Shown here: piece after piece, positions 1 through 10,483 of the stretch | Layout: the number at the start of each line of letters is the position of its first letter | How positions within the stretch are numbered: the stretch's first letter is position 1 | NCBI GenBank assembly: GCA_965279515.1 | Contig: CBDIID010000003.1 | Coordinates: forward strand, 128,001-192,000 | Direction of reading: 5' to 3' | Length of the DNA stretch: 64,000 nucleotides | From: Turneriella sp. | Lineage (GTDB): Bacteria > Spirochaetota > Leptospiria > Turneriellales > Turneriellaceae | Position numbers and translations under genes: made by a program | The notes under the pieces: model-generated | Databases searched by the model: none | The model's input: only the letters and a program-made list of their open reading frames with translations | What the model was told of the DNA's origin: nothing

Positions 1-184
1 ATTGACGCGTCAATAAAACTGGTTTTACACGAAGTAGCTTCGCGTCAATCATCTGCCCGAAGCGCTTCGCGAGCCTGCGAAAAACACACCTCCCGGTTTG
101 GCAGGCGTAGCGATCTTTGGCGCGTAGGGCCGAGCACGCGACCCAACGGAGTGGTCGCGGCGCAGCGCGAAATTCTTGTTCTCT
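1..184 (-). repeat. attC-like site, type G (partial)
   Basis: Right arm cgcgaaattcttGTT; near copy of 22870-23080. Confidence 0.85.
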
Positions 185-291
185 GCAGTGTTTAGCTACG
201 TCAGCCGCGTGCGACATGGAGGTCGCACGCGGACGGCTTTGTCAAAACTAAGGGCTATTTAGCGGCTTTTTCTGGGCAAGTTGTATTTCTG

Positions 292-308
292 TATGTACAT
301 TGTACATA
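292..308. promoter_or_regulatory. Palindromic operator candidate for brnTA
   Basis: TATGTACA-T-TGTACATA immediately before the start codon; conserved at 23177-23193. Confidence 0.55.
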
Positions 309-599
309 ATGAAGTTGGCCTTTGTATGGGATGAAGCCAAGAATCTTGAGAATATCAAGAAGCACGGAGTCTCTTTCGAAGAAGCCAGCACGATCTTTAG
401 CCGTATACCTTATGAGATTTACAATGATCCAGATCATTCAGAAAAGGAACACCGATATCTGGCGATCGGCTTCAGCGACAAGGCTCGTGCCTTACTAGTG
501 AGCCATACTGAAAATGCCACAGGAACAGAGATCAGAATCATATCAGCTCGCAAAATGACAAAACAAGAACGCGCCGATGCGTTTGGAGGCAAACTATGA
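309..599 (+). CDS. brnT: BrnT family toxin
   Basis: FVWDEAKNLENIKKHGVSFEEA...IRIISARK signature. Confidence 0.9.
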   Translation: MKLAFVWDEAKNLENIKKHGVSFEEASTIFSRIPYEIYNDPDHSEKEHRYLAIGFSDKARALLVSHTENATGTEIRIISARKMTKQERADAFGGKL

Positions 600-826
600 G
601 AAAGGAATACGATTTAACCAAGTTGACGAAGGCTTCGCCTAAATACCTGAAGCATATTAAGAAGCCTGTGACGATTCGGCTTGAGCCACAAATAATTGCA
701 TATTTTAAGAGCTTGGCAGAAACTACTGGATTGCCTTACCAATCGTTGCTGAATTTTGTTTTACGCGACTATGCAAACGAGAACAGAAAACCCAATGCGA
801 ATTGGGGCAAAGTAGCTTCGCGTTAA
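596..826 (+). CDS. brnA: BrnA family antitoxin
   Basis: MRKEYD...KKPVTIRL...YFK...GLPYQSLLN; ATGA overlap with toxin. Confidence 0.88.
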   Translation: MRKEYDLTKLTKASPKYLKHIKKPVTIRLEPQIIAYFKSLAETTGLPYQSLLNFVLRDYANENRKPNANWGKVASR

Positions 827-874
827 GGCGGCCGGCAGGGATGCCGGACGCTCTTATCTCTTGCTAAACATTGC

Positions 875-1099
875 AGAGAACGTGGAATTTACCTGAAGTT
901 TATGGTGCGTCGCACAATGGCGGCTGTCTTCTCTCGAAAGCCGCGTTTTGACGCACCATAAATTTGCCCGGAGCGCCTCGCGGCAAAGCACAAAACAAGC
1001 GTCCCGCTTGTGCTTTGTCCGCGATCTTCTGGCGCGTAGGGCCGAGCACGCGAGGAGCCACGGCACCGCAGCGAGCGCAGCAGGTAAATTTTGTTGTGC
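875..1099 (-). repeat. attC-like site, type B
   Basis: AAC gtgg aatttacctg ... caggtaaatt tt GTT. Confidence 0.88.
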
Positions 1100-1120
1100 G
1101 ATGCCGAGAACGCCGCGGAA

Positions 1121-1786
1121 CTAGTCATAGTAAAGCTCTTCTTCTCTAATATTCATTTCATCTTTGAAGTCTTCCCACGCTGACATTGGTGGCAGATATC
1201 CTTTTGGCCTATGTGCTTTGTATAGGCAATTATGCACTTCAAGCTGTAATATACGATACTTAGACTTTAGATCAGCCACTTTATGAAAAATATCCAGTTC
1301 CTTTCTACATTGGATAGCCGGATTAATGTCAAGAATCAAATTGTTTTCAATAGATTTCTCGCCTTGCAGAAGCCGAAGCTTCAATAGGGTAAGAGCGTGT
1401 CGGAAACGAATCTCCCGCTTTGCGTATTCGTGCAACGGCTTCAGAGTTTTGGGTATTTTTAGATTATCAATTTCCATGATGCCTTTCTTGCCTATTGATA
1501 AATTTATCTCAGCATTATGAAAGAAATTTAGAGACTCAACATCATACTTGCCGCATGGTTTGTATGGAGGATTGTCTCGGCATTGAGTTAAATCAGGAAC
1601 TCGTTCTGCAAACCCGAAATGATATTGTGGATGAATTTGCATGATTTCATCAAGCTCGTTCGGAGATATCTTCGTTTTGTCAAAATGCAGCTTTATCGCT
1701 ATGCCATACAGTTGATACTTGCGAGTGGCAGCGAAGGCCTGACTCGAAACAAGAATCAGCAAAAGAAAAATAATGTATTTACGCAT
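1121..1786 (-). CDS. Hypothetical exported protein
   Basis: Fills cassette; signal peptide MRKYIIFLLLILVSSQAFA. Confidence 0.75.
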   Translation of the reverse strand: MRKYIIFLLLILVSSQAFAATRKYQLYGIAIKLHFDKTKISPNELDEIMQIHPQYHFGFAERVPDLTQCRDNPPYKPCGKYDVESLNFFHNAEINLSIGKKGIMEIDNLKIPKTLKPLHEYAKREIRFRHALTLLKLRLLQGEKSIENNLILDINPAIQCRKELDIFHKVADLKSKYRILQLEVHNCLYKAHRPKGYLPPMSAWEDFKDEMNIREEELYYD

Positions 1787-1810
1787 ATTGATGTCGTCGT
1801 TCTCGGTTTC

Positions 1811-2033
1811 GCACAACGTGGAATTTACACGAGGTCGATGGTGCGACGCACAATAAAAGCAGGCTTATTGCGAAAGCCGCGTATTGAGCACCATCGATCT
1901 GCCGTAGACCGCTCGTTGCGCCTGACCAAACAAACGTCCCGTTTGTCAGGCGTCAACGATCTTTGCGGTCGGAGGCCGAGCACGCGAGGAGCCACGGCAC
2001 CGCAGCGAGCGCAGCGTGTAAATTTTGTTGTGC
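1811..2033 (-). repeat. attC-like site, type C
   Basis: aatttacacg ... cgtgtaaatt stem. Confidence 0.88.
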
Positions 2034-2085
2034 GATGGGGCATGCCCTCAGTAATAGCGTACTCGAAACATTGAGCTTGCTGGTT

Positions 2086-2538
2086 TTACGCATATCTTAC
2101 GAGCCAAGCCAAATAACCTATTATAGCTTGCTTTTGGCCTCTCGCAATATAAGTACCAACGACGGCAACAGATGCCACCATACTAAGGATAATGGCAATG
2201 AACCAAATACTTGATGTATCGCCCCTGGATACAGGGATCAAGCCAAAAATGCAAATTGCCAAGATGCCCAACATTACAGGCAATGGCCATGCGAAAAATC
2301 CTATTATTCTGGGCCCATCGGGCGCGTTGCTGATCAAACCGAAGAAGACAGGTTGAAAAGAGTTCATATACCCGAGAAAAACACGAGCCGTAAAAAAGGG
2401 ACCGATTTTATAACCAGAAATACCAGGATATGGTTCTGTTTTCGGTTGCCTAAATAATTCAAACCAACGGAGATTTGCTGCAGCCCTCTCGTAAATAATT
2501 TGAATTGGAATCTTTGTCGGTATTTTCAGAAAAAACAT
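2086..2538 (-). CDS. Hypothetical membrane protein
   Basis: Fills cassette; two C-terminal hydrophobic segments. Confidence 0.7.
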   Translation of the reverse strand: MFFLKIPTKIPIQIIYERAAANLRWFELFRQPKTEPYPGISGYKIGPFFTARVFLGYMNSFQPVFFGLISNAPDGPRIIGFFAWPLPVMLGILAICIFGLIPVSRGDTSSIWFIAIILSMVASVAVVGTYIARGQKQAIIGYLAWLVRYA

Positions 2539-2554
2539 ACTGGCATGCCCTTTC

Positions 2555-2771
2555 GCACAACGTGGAAAATACCCGAATTGCGCCCCCGCGGCTGTAAAGT
2601 GTAAATAATCGCGGCTTTATGCGACTTTCGCGGGAGCGCATTTGCCCGTAGCGCCTCGCGAGCCCGCCAATGCAGGCCCACTGGCCTGCGGGCGCAGCGA
2701 TCTTCGGCGCGTAGGGCCGAGCACGCGACCCAGCGTAGCGGTCGCGGCGCAGCGGGTATTTTTTGTTGTCG
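2555..2771 (-). repeat. attC-like site, type D
   Basis: aaaatacccg ... cgggtatttt stem. Confidence 0.88.
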
Positions 2772-2875
2772 GCAGTTGTTGGTTGATCGCTTGGGCACGG
2801 ATGCCCAAGCAGATGCTGGCTTCTCTAAGTCTTTCTTATGGATTTACCTGTCGTTCTGAGAATTCAGAATAATCA

Positions 2876-3301
2876 ATGATCGGTAGTTGCCTATGCGGCG
2901 AAATTGAGTTCAAATTAGAGAATAAGCAGTATAAGCTATACCAGTGCCATTGCTCACTATGCAGAAAGCAAAGTGGCGGCCCAGCCAATGCAGCAACTTT
3001 GGTGCTTGAGAATAAGTTCTCCTGGCAAAAAGGGAAAGAACACATTCGGTCTTATGTCAAAGCAACAGGCTTTAGATCTGATTTCTGTTCTAAGTGCGGC
3101 TCACCAGTTCCAAATAGGATCGGAAATACCGACTATATGTGGATACCTGCTGGGCTGCTGAAAACCTCTGATAAATTTGAAATTGTTGCCCATTTATTTA
3201 TCGGGTCAAAGGCGGCATGGGACTCGGCGCCCACTCATGGAGAAATCTTTGAGACTGGTCCAGGAGTTGAAGGTCTATTCAGGTTACTCGAAGGAGTGTA
3301 A
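2876..3301 (+). CDS. GFA/CENP-V family Zn-binding protein
   Basis: GSCLCG, CHCSLCRK and FCSKCGSP motifs. Confidence 0.92.
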   Translation: MIGSCLCGEIEFKLENKQYKLYQCHCSLCRKQSGGPANAATLVLENKFSWQKGKEHIRSYVKATGFRSDFCSKCGSPVPNRIGNTDYMWIPAGLLKTSDKFEIVAHLFIGSKAAWDSAPTHGEIFETGPGVEGLFRLLEGV

Positions 3302-3361
3302 TCTGCGATGTATGCACCGCCATGGATGGCGGTGGAGGAACACCTGCTTTCCAACAATTGC

Positions 3362-3578
3362 CGACAACGTGGATTTTACGCTGACGTTTTTTGACGCTCG
3401 TGTCATTTATTCAATTTGTAAAGCCGATTCGCGTCAAAAAATGTGGTCGTAGCGGCTCGCGGCGACGCGCGAAAACACACCTCCCGGTGTGCGCGTCGTC
3501 CGCGATCTTTGCCGCGAAGACCCGAGCACGCGAGGAGCTACGGCACCGCAGCGGCGCAGCGCGTAAAATTTGTTCTCT
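3362..3578 (-). repeat. attC-like site, type A
   Basis: attttacgc ... gcgtaaaat stem. Confidence 0.88.
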
Positions 3579-3738
3579 GCCGTTGTTGGGCTTGTGAGCT
3601 CGGCCACGGATGGCCGAGCGACTAGAATTGAATCATATATGTCTTCGCTATTCATTGATTTCCTAAAAGAGATTCAGATACTTCTAACCTCGGCTTAATT
3701 AGCAATTGACGTTCGGATCAAGGTATGAATCAAATACG

Positions 3739-4062
3739 ATGTACATGAATGAAAAGGAAACAGCACCTATTTGGCTTTTGTATGGCCTACCAAGTGTTCT
3801 ATTGCTATCTGGTCTAATTTCAGTAATTACACGGACTTTCTGGATGGCCGGCGGTGCGCGCGGCGGTACCAGCAAATTAATCGGAATGCCTGCCGTATAT
3901 TTCGGTATTGGTCTAATGTGTTTAGGTATCTTTTTTTACAGTTTCGTAACTATACGACTGACGATGCGGGCCAATCAGCTTATTCGGATCGTTGCCTGGG
4001 TCTCGGGTTTCCTTACTTTAGCCAGCTGGGCTTTACTGGGAATCGTATTAGGTAATCGATAA
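3739..4062 (+). CDS. Hypothetical membrane protein
   Basis: Three hydrophobic segments; start uncertain. Confidence 0.65.
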   Translation: MYMNEKETAPIWLLYGLPSVLLLSGLISVITRTFWMAGGARGGTSKLIGMPAVYFGIGLMCLGIFFYSFVTIRLTMRANQLIRIVAWVSGFLTLASWALLGIVLGNR

Positions 4063-4155
4063 ATTTCCCGATGCGCAAGTCCGTTGGCAGCTGATAAGCT
4101 GCCTTTGAATGAGCATCGGCAAGGATGCCGATGAATATCAGAGCCTAACAATGGC

Positions 4156-4349
4156 AGAGAACGCGGGTTTTACCTTGACGTTTTTGCTTGTGGCGTCTTC
4201 GACACAAGCAAAAATGTGCCCGGAGCGCCTGCCCGAGCCCGCCAATGCAGGCCCACAGGCCGGCGGGCGCAGGGCATCTTTGGCGCGGAGTGGCCGAGCA
4301 CACGACCCAACGAAGTGGTCGTGCGCGCAGCAGGTAAAACTTGTTGTGC
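4156..4349 (-). repeat. attC-like site, type E
   Basis: gttttacct ... aggtaaaac stem. Confidence 0.88.
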
Positions 4350-4479
4350 GACGTTTTTGCGGCTGCACCGGCGGCCACGGATGGCCGCGGGTGCTTTTGA
4401 CAAATTTGTTCTATTCATGAGATTCGGGGGACATTTCAGCATATGGTTGACAAACGCCTTCCGCTATATATTGTTACGC

Positions 4480-4701
4480 ATGGCTAAGTACGCCCTAAAC
4501 ATACGGGACGAAGCAAAAGGAAAGAACCTAGTGCTTTTCCTCAAAACCCTGGATTTTGTTAAGGTTTCAGACGTTCATACCCCTAAAAAATCTAAAAAAC
4601 GCCATCCAAAAGATTTTTTCGCAGCCCAAGGGGTCTGGAAAGAGCATAACATTACTGGAAAAGAGCTTCGAGAATTGGCTTGGAATCGTGGTAATCGTTG
4701 A
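4480..4701 (+). CDS. Putative antitoxin (VapB-like)
   Basis: 73-aa ORF overlapping the PIN gene; TTGACA at 4447 upstream. Confidence 0.7.
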   Translation: MAKYALNIRDEAKGKNLVLFLKTLDFVKVSDVHTPKKSKKRHPKDFFAAQGVWKEHNITGKELRELAWNRGNR

Positions 4702-5062
4702 TACCGATGTCATCGTAGAGTTCCTTCGGGGTTCTCCTGATGCGGCCAAAGCACTAAAGGCAATTAAGCCAGAAAATCTAGCTATTTCTGCTGTTACGAG
4801 AATGGAACTTCTTGTTGGTGCATGGAACAATGCAGAGCTACGAAAAATTGAAAAATCTCTGGATGCCATTCAAGAAATAAGTATTTCTGAGGATATTTCG
4901 GCGAAAGCCGTGGATCTAATACGAAACTACGCCAAAAGCCACGGTCTCAAAATACCAGATGCGATAATTGCCGCAACTGCAATTGACCAATCCGTTCATC
5001 TCTTCACTTACAATATTCGGGATTTCAAATTCATTAAAGGCCTAACTCTGTATTCTGTTTAG
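4688..5062 (+). CDS. vapC: VapC/PIN domain toxin
   Basis: IVDTDVIV...ELLVG...PDAIIAATA...TYNIRDF. Confidence 0.9.
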   Translation: MVIVDTDVIVEFLRGSPDAAKALKAIKPENLAISAVTRMELLVGAWNNAELRKIEKSLDAIQEISISEDISAKAVDLIRNYAKSHGLKIPDAIIAATAIDQSVHLFTYNIRDFKFIKGLTLYSV

Positions 5063-5113
5063 CGTTGAAGCGTCGGCAAGGATGCCGACGAGGCAAAGGC
5101 CGCAAAAATGTTC

Positions 5114-5329
5114 GCACAACGTGGAATTTACCTGAGGTTGAGTGACGCTTTGTTCAACTTTGTATTCTGTAAAGCCATTTTGCGTCACTCAATCTGCCCG
5201 GAGCGCCTCGCGGCAAAGCACAAAACAAGCGTCCCGCTTGTGCTTTGTCCGCGATTTTCTGGCGCGTAGGGCCGAGCACCCGAGGAGCCACGGCACCGCA
5301 GGGAGCGCAGCAGGTAAATTTTGTTGTCT
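5114..5329 (-). repeat. attC-like site, type B
   Basis: AAC...GTT bounded repeat. Confidence 0.88.
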
Positions 5330-5346
5330 GCAGTAAGCGCTTCGAA

Positions 5347-5790
5347 TCAAAGCGCTTTGAGTAAGGCAATGTACCTTATTAAGCATATCAGGTAGCCACC
5401 GCCGATATAGATACTCGCCAAAGTTATGGGAATGTCTTTGGGTATAGAGAGACTCGGGCTAACATTCATAAACGATATAAGGATGAACGGCAGGAATATC
5501 ATAGACAGAGAAAGTAGCGGCAGGAACGAAATGCGATATTTCAATAATATGTCGCTATTGCGTTTTTCCACGGAAATCGAGCAACTTGTCAAAATGCCGA
5601 TAACGGATGTTCCATGGATATTGCCCAGTTTACTCAGTTTTAATGAGCCTGTCAGATCAATCGTATTTCCCCGAATATCAAGTTCAAGCCCTCGGTGCCT
5701 AATCGTTCTAGCTAGTTGTTCTGTGTAATCTTTGGCATCAAGCTCCTCATCGGTCTTAAGCTTAGTGCCATTAAGTGTAAATGGGAGCAT
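5347..5790 (-). CDS. Hypothetical membrane protein
   Basis: Fills cassette; C-terminal TM pair. Confidence 0.7.
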   Translation of the reverse strand: MLPFTLNGTKLKTDEELDAKDYTEQLARTIRHRGLELDIRGNTIDLTGSLKLSKLGNIHGTSVIGILTSCSISVEKRNSDILLKYRISFLPLLSLSMIFLPFILISFMNVSPSLSIPKDIPITLASIYIGGGYLICLIRYIALLKAL

Positions 5791-5871
5791 TTCTCTGTGC
5801 CTTACGGGCTTTTTTCTTTTTTTGTTTTCTTATGCCGATGCATAGTCATAAATTATTTCAGCGCTTATTGC

Positions 5872-6088
5872 AGACAACGTGGATTTTACGCTGACGTTTT
5901 TTGACGCCTGTGTCATTTAATCAATTTGTAAAGCCGATTTGCGTCAAAAAATGTGGTCGTAGCGGCTCGCGGCGACGCGCGAAAACACACCTCCCGGTGT
6001 GCGCGTCGTCCGCGATCTTTGCCGCGGAGACCCGAGCACGCGAGGAGCTACGGCACCGCAGCGGCGCAGCGCGTAAAATTTGTTGTCT
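5872..6088 (-). repeat. attC-like site, type A
   Basis: AAC...GTT bounded repeat. Confidence 0.88.
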
Positions 6089-6118
6089 GAAGTGCCGGTT
6101 CGGAAATTGCTTTTTTAA

Positions 6119-6820
6119 CTAAACTACTGATGCTCTCAAGCATTCGGCTACAGCCTGAGGTTCACAGCCATTCAAACCGGCCCCCCAGGTCGCGTTTGCC
6201 TCAAGAAAGCACCATGTATTGTCCTTCAAGAGGCCAATATCTATCACCAAAGTTTGTGGTAGAACTAACGTTGGCTCAGCTAAAACCTGGTTAATAAACA
6301 GTGTGGCGTCTTCTAGGGTTCCGGTGCCTTCATAGATAGAAATCGTGAGCAATTTGCCTTGCAATATGAAACATCGCGCTTCAGCGACGAATGTCACGGT
6401 TTCACTAGCTATTATGCGTGTATCCGGCTCAAGGCCTCGCGTTTCGGCTTGAAGTGCATCGAAAGAAGGGTATACTTTTGAAGTAAATTGCTTGGGTATC
6501 AGCGACTTCAAAAAAATCGGGTAGCTGAGAGCACCTGCCTCAGCAAGAGATATATGCTCAATTTTGCGATGAAGATACTTTGGTGGAACAGAAAAGATAA
6601 GATCATCTGCCGGCGTTACAAGGTTAAGATTGAGCTTCTGAGCCAATACCAGACAAAATGTATCATTGCCATAGACCCGTGCTGTCGCCGAATTCAGGAT
6701 TGGCGGCTCCCAGAATCGACCAAGTCGTAAGACTTCGCCGCCATCTGCTTGCCAGATTTGAGCCACTTGGTCTCGCTCAGAATCTGTTTTCTCTGGAACT
6801 ATTAGGGTCAGCTTATTCAT
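6119..6820 (-). CDS. ATP-grasp fold protein (DUF4343/R2K-like)
   Basis: PIFLKS...EARCFI...VIDIG...FLEANATWGAGL. Confidence 0.7.
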   Translation of the reverse strand: MNKLTLIVPEKTDSERDQVAQIWQADGGEVLRLGRFWEPPILNSATARVYGNDTFCLVLAQKLNLNLVTPADDLIFSVPPKYLHRKIEHISLAEAGALSYPIFLKSLIPKQFTSKVYPSFDALQAETRGLEPDTRIIASETVTFVAEARCFILQGKLLTISIYEGTGTLEDATLFINQVLAEPTLVLPQTLVIDIGLLKDNTWCFLEANATWGAGLNGCEPQAVAECLRASVV

Positions 6821-6866
6821 CTTGAATCATTGAGCTTTGTGCAAAGTTTTGCTTTCCCGGCATTTC

Positions 6867-7087
6867 AGACAACGTTGGATTTACAAGAAGTTGATGACGC
6901 GCCGCACAATAAAGGCGGGCTTATCAGGAAAGCCGCATATTGAGCGTCATCAATTTGCCGAGCCCACAGCGTTGCGCCGCACCGAATGCACGTCACGTGC
7001 GTGCGGCGTCAACGCCTCTTTGTGGGCGAGGCCGAGCACGCGAGCCAACGAAGTGCTCGCGCGCGCAGCTTGTAAATCTTGTTCTCT
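6867..7087 (-). repeat. attC-like site, type F
   Basis: gatttacaag ... cttgtaaatc stem. Confidence 0.85.
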
Positions 7088-7193
7088 GCCGTGATCGCGC
7101 TTGTGAGCCCGGGCAAGGAGGCCCGGGCGATCTTTTCGATTAAAGTCTAAGATTCGTTTACAGAATACTTTGCCGAAACTTATGAGCCTATAC

Positions 7194-8135
7194 ATGAAAC
7201 TGATAAAGGCTTTTATGGGCATAAACTTCATTATAGCCATTTTTACCTCTACCTCTATTAGCTCGGCCGATTGGCCCAGTGATATATACTTACATAAAAG
7301 CACTCAGACAGCGTTTGTTTCTTCCTCTAGAGGAAAGGTTTTTTCCATAAACTTGAAAACAAATGAATCAAAGCTGATTTTCTCTGAAAAGTTTGGTATC
7401 ACGGCGCTAGCTCCTCTCGACGGCCAAAATCAGAGACTGATTTTCGGAGGTTCAGCCGGAGTACGTATCATAGATCTAAACGGCAATTTGTTGCGAAAGA
7501 CGGATGTTAGGGAACTATGGTTTGAGTCATTAAGCCCCTTAGCGGGAACGGAAACATTTGCGGTCTCAACGCTCAGCTCGGTTAGAGTTTATGGCCACGC
7601 TGAGTTAGATGTGGCTTCCTTTGATACGCACACGAACCTAATTGGGAGCATTGCCTTCCTCTCGAAAGAAAAGATTATTGGCAAAGCCGAGAAGGCAATA
7701 CTCATTATGTCGCCTCTTACCAAGACATTTGAAGTTTATACGACTGGCGTAAGCCCCAGGGAAGTAATGTTAGAGCACTGCGGCGGCGAAGAAGTCTTAT
7801 CATACGGTTTCGGAACCAAATTTTCCCTTTATCAAATGCAAGACAAGGCAATTAAGGCAGAAGTTTTACAAGTACCTGAAGCCGGTGTCGACATCGATGG
7901 GGTAGGTTGTGATAGAGATTGGGTTGTCATCGGAAGCACTAAAGGCATGCTTTATGTTTTCGATAGAAATACAAAGAGATGGTCGAATTTCAAGGGTCAC
8001 AACGGCAATATTATCAAGGTCAAGATTTTCGGTGATTCATTTTACACCATCTCGACTGATGGTTTTTTTAAAATTTGGACAAAAGAAAAGAAACTGGTTC
8101 GGGAAATTGGCGTTATGCCCCCTGTAGCAAAATGA
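7194..8135 (+). CDS. Exported WD40-like beta-propeller protein
   Basis: Signal peptide; GHNGNI...TISTDGFFKIW repeat; start uncertain. Confidence 0.75.
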   Translation: MKLIKAFMGINFIIAIFTSTSISSADWPSDIYLHKSTQTAFVSSSRGKVFSINLKTNESKLIFSEKFGITALAPLDGQNQRLIFGGSAGVRIIDLNGNLLRKTDVRELWFESLSPLAGTETFAVSTLSSVRVYGHAELDVASFDTHTNLIGSIAFLSKEKIIGKAEKAILIMSPLTKTFEVYTTGVSPREVMLEHCGGEEVLSYGFGTKFSLYQMQDKAIKAEVLQVPEAGVDIDGVGCDRDWVVIGSTKGMLYVFDRNTKRWSNFKGHNGNIIKVKIFGDSFYTISTDGFFKIWTKEKKLVREIGVMPPVAK

Positions 8136-8184
8136 AAGAAAGCGCCAGCATGGATGCTGGCGAACAACGTCGCGCGATCATGGC

Positions 8185-8399
8185 AGAGAACGTGGAAAAT
8201 ACCCGAGGGGCGCGTTTGCGGGTGTAAAGCCGTTTTACTTGGGTTAATGAGACTTTCGCGTAGCGCCTCTGCCGAACCGGCTCGCTGTGGCGCGCCAAAT
8301 GCAGCTCAAGGAGCTGCGCGCCGCAGCGATCTTTGCCGGTGAGGCCGAGCACGCGACCCAACGTAGTGGTCGCGGCGCAGCGGGTATTTTTTGTTCTCT
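8185..8399 (-). repeat. attC-like site, type D
   Basis: aaaatacccg ... cgggtatttt stem. Confidence 0.88.
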
Positions 8400-8710
8400 G
8401 CCGTTGTTGTCCGCGGTTACCTGCGCGGCCATGGCGTTTTACATGCCGACTCAACTGGGCAAGAGCGCCGTCGGTTAAACTTTATTTTATTTCAAAAGCC
8501 AAGCTTTGACTTGCTAAGTGTAGCATTCGATATAACCAAAGATTGCCTTGCAATCTTTGTCGGCAGCTTACGGCAGAAAGTAAGGCGTGTAATACGCCGT
8601 GGTCTTTGCCGCGCTTGCGCTAAACCTCTTCGCGCCAAAGTTCTTAGGGGTAGGGCAACCATTGCCCAGGTTAATCACCTTTCTCTTTGCGCGCTCGTGG
8701 GAGCGAGGCA

Positions 8711-10045
8711 GGTACAATATCAGAACATCGGTAACGAAAAGTCATCACGACATCGGTAACAGTTCTGCCTCAGGCTTTGCCGTGGTTTCCTCCTGATTTG
8801 GTGTAAACAAATAATTGTTCCGATCGATGTAGCCCAATAGCAGGCTACCGAAGTAGACGTCGATGCGCATGTCGGCGATAAACCGGAGCCCGATCGGGTA
8901 GCCGTTAAAAGAATTGCCGATAAATATCCGGTGCTGCTTGTAGTTGGTGTAACCGCGGTCATTTACGATGCGTACGATGCAATCCTCAGGGTAGGCGGGT
9001 AGTACGTCGCCAGTATACGGAATTTCAGATGGTAGGTAGAACTCTGATGGCGTCCTCATGCCCAGGGCTTCATGCGGTCGCACATTGTTGAAGTCTTCGC
9101 GCCACTGATCAAACGAAATCTGGTGAAGCTTTAGATCACCGCGAATGCGCCCCTGCAGTTCCGTGCGGATGTCTCTGTGCATACGCTCATGTCCGCCATT
9201 CTGCGCTGGCTTTCCCGGATCAATGCGGTCCAGAGAAATTCCCAAGGACAGCCACCAGACTGACAATTTTGTCAGGCCAAAGAGGCCCCACGATGATGCG
9301 AAAGGAGTTCCGTTGTCAGAGCGAATAATTTCCGGCAGACCATAGCGTTTGAAGAGTCTGGCAAAGTGTTGTTTTACATTGGAAATATTGCCCTTTTCCA
9401 GTATCTGTATCGACAGGATGTACTTACTGTACTCATCGCGAACTGTCAGAGGTTCGCATTTCTCTGCATGTGCAGTATACCACCACCCCTTGAAATCAAC
9501 CGTCCATATGTGATTGGGATGCGTCGCCTTTTCGCGAAGCATCAGCCTCTCTCCGGTTCTGCGGCGCTTCTTTCCTCTTGGCCTTGTCAGACCAGAGCGC
9601 GCCAGAAGGCGATCGACTGTAGGCACTGAAATATCGCCTTTGCGCTCGGGGTAAAGCCTGCAGAAGACCGCATAGATCTTCTTGGCTCCCCAGCGAGGCC
9701 TGTTATTCTTTATGCGAATAATGTCGCAGATTGTTTCTTCGTCAGTGCGGTTCGGATTGCCTCCTGGTTTTCGTGACAACTCCGCCAATCCAGCTAAGCC
9801 TTTTTCCAGAAACCTTGCCTTCCACTTGTACCCTGTCTTGGTGCTGATACCAAACTCGCGGCACAGCTCTGTGAAACTCTCTACGCCCTCCAGGGCGCGA
9901 AAGACAAAAGATCTTTTCTCTTCCATTTTGGTAACCTCTTTCCACGGCATTTGAGCCCCCTGCCGAAGGCAGGCAAAAGCCCGTTGCGAAGCAAAGTGTT
10001 ACCGATGTCTTGATAGAAATGTGTTACCTATGTCGTGATAGTACC
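8711..10045 (-). mobile_element. IS481-like insertion sequence, copy 1 (flanks do not form a TSD)
   Basis: 1335 bp, ends GGTAC...GTACC with repeated ACATCGGTAAC boxes; flanks GGCA and TAAT. Confidence 0.92.
8745..9950 (-). CDS. IS481-family DDE transposase
   Basis: N-terminal HTH; WTVDFKG, IRSDNG and ERMHR core; RPHEALG. Confidence 0.92.
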   Translation of the reverse strand: MPWKEVTKMEEKRSFVFRALEGVESFTELCREFGISTKTGYKWKARFLEKGLAGLAELSRKPGGNPNRTDEETICDIIRIKNNRPRWGAKKIYAVFCRLYPERKGDISVPTVDRLLARSGLTRPRGKKRRRTGERLMLREKATHPNHIWTVDFKGWWYTAHAEKCEPLTVRDEYSKYILSIQILEKGNISNVKQHFARLFKRYGLPEIIRSDNGTPFASSWGLFGLTKLSVWWLSLGISLDRIDPGKPAQNGGHERMHRDIRTELQGRIRGDLKLHQISFDQWREDFNNVRPHEALGMRTPSEFYLPSEIPYTGDVLPAYPEDCIVRIVNDRGYTNYKQHRIFIGNSFNGYPIGLRFIADMRIDVYFGSLLLGYIDRNNYLFTPNQEETTAKPEAELLPMS

Positions 10046-10057
10046 TAATGCAATGTC

Positions 10058-10274
10058 ACACAACGTGGATTTTACGCTGACGTTTTTTGACGCTTGTGTC
10101 ATTTATTCAGTTTGTAAAGCCGATTTGCGTCAAAAAATGTGGTCGTAGCGGCTCGCGGCGACGCGCGAAAACACACCTCCCGGTGTGCGCGTCGTCCGCG
10201 ATCTTAGCCGCGGAGACCCGAGCACGCGAGGAGCTACGGCACCGCAGCGGCGCAGCGCGTAAAATTTGTTGTCT
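10058..10274 (-). repeat. attC-like site, type A
   Basis: AAC...GTT bounded repeat. Confidence 0.88.
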
Positions 10275-10483
10275 GAAGTAATTGCGCCTGTGAGCCCGGC
10301 TAGGAGGGCCGGGCGACAACGGCTAAGGCTTCACTGGAAAATTTAAAAAGATACTTAACTCAAAAGTTCTCACAGCCTGCCATTCTGTCGCCTCGCAAAA
10401 CAGGCTTTACGCCTAAGACTTACTGGATTCCGAATGTCTTAGTAAGGAGTAAGTTCCTAGTATTTAATATAGGGGGAAGACCA

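Noticed and set aside
8745..9950. Transposase as the integron integrase
   Set aside because: It has a DDE/rve core and IS ends, not tyrosine recombinase R-H-R-Y motifs.
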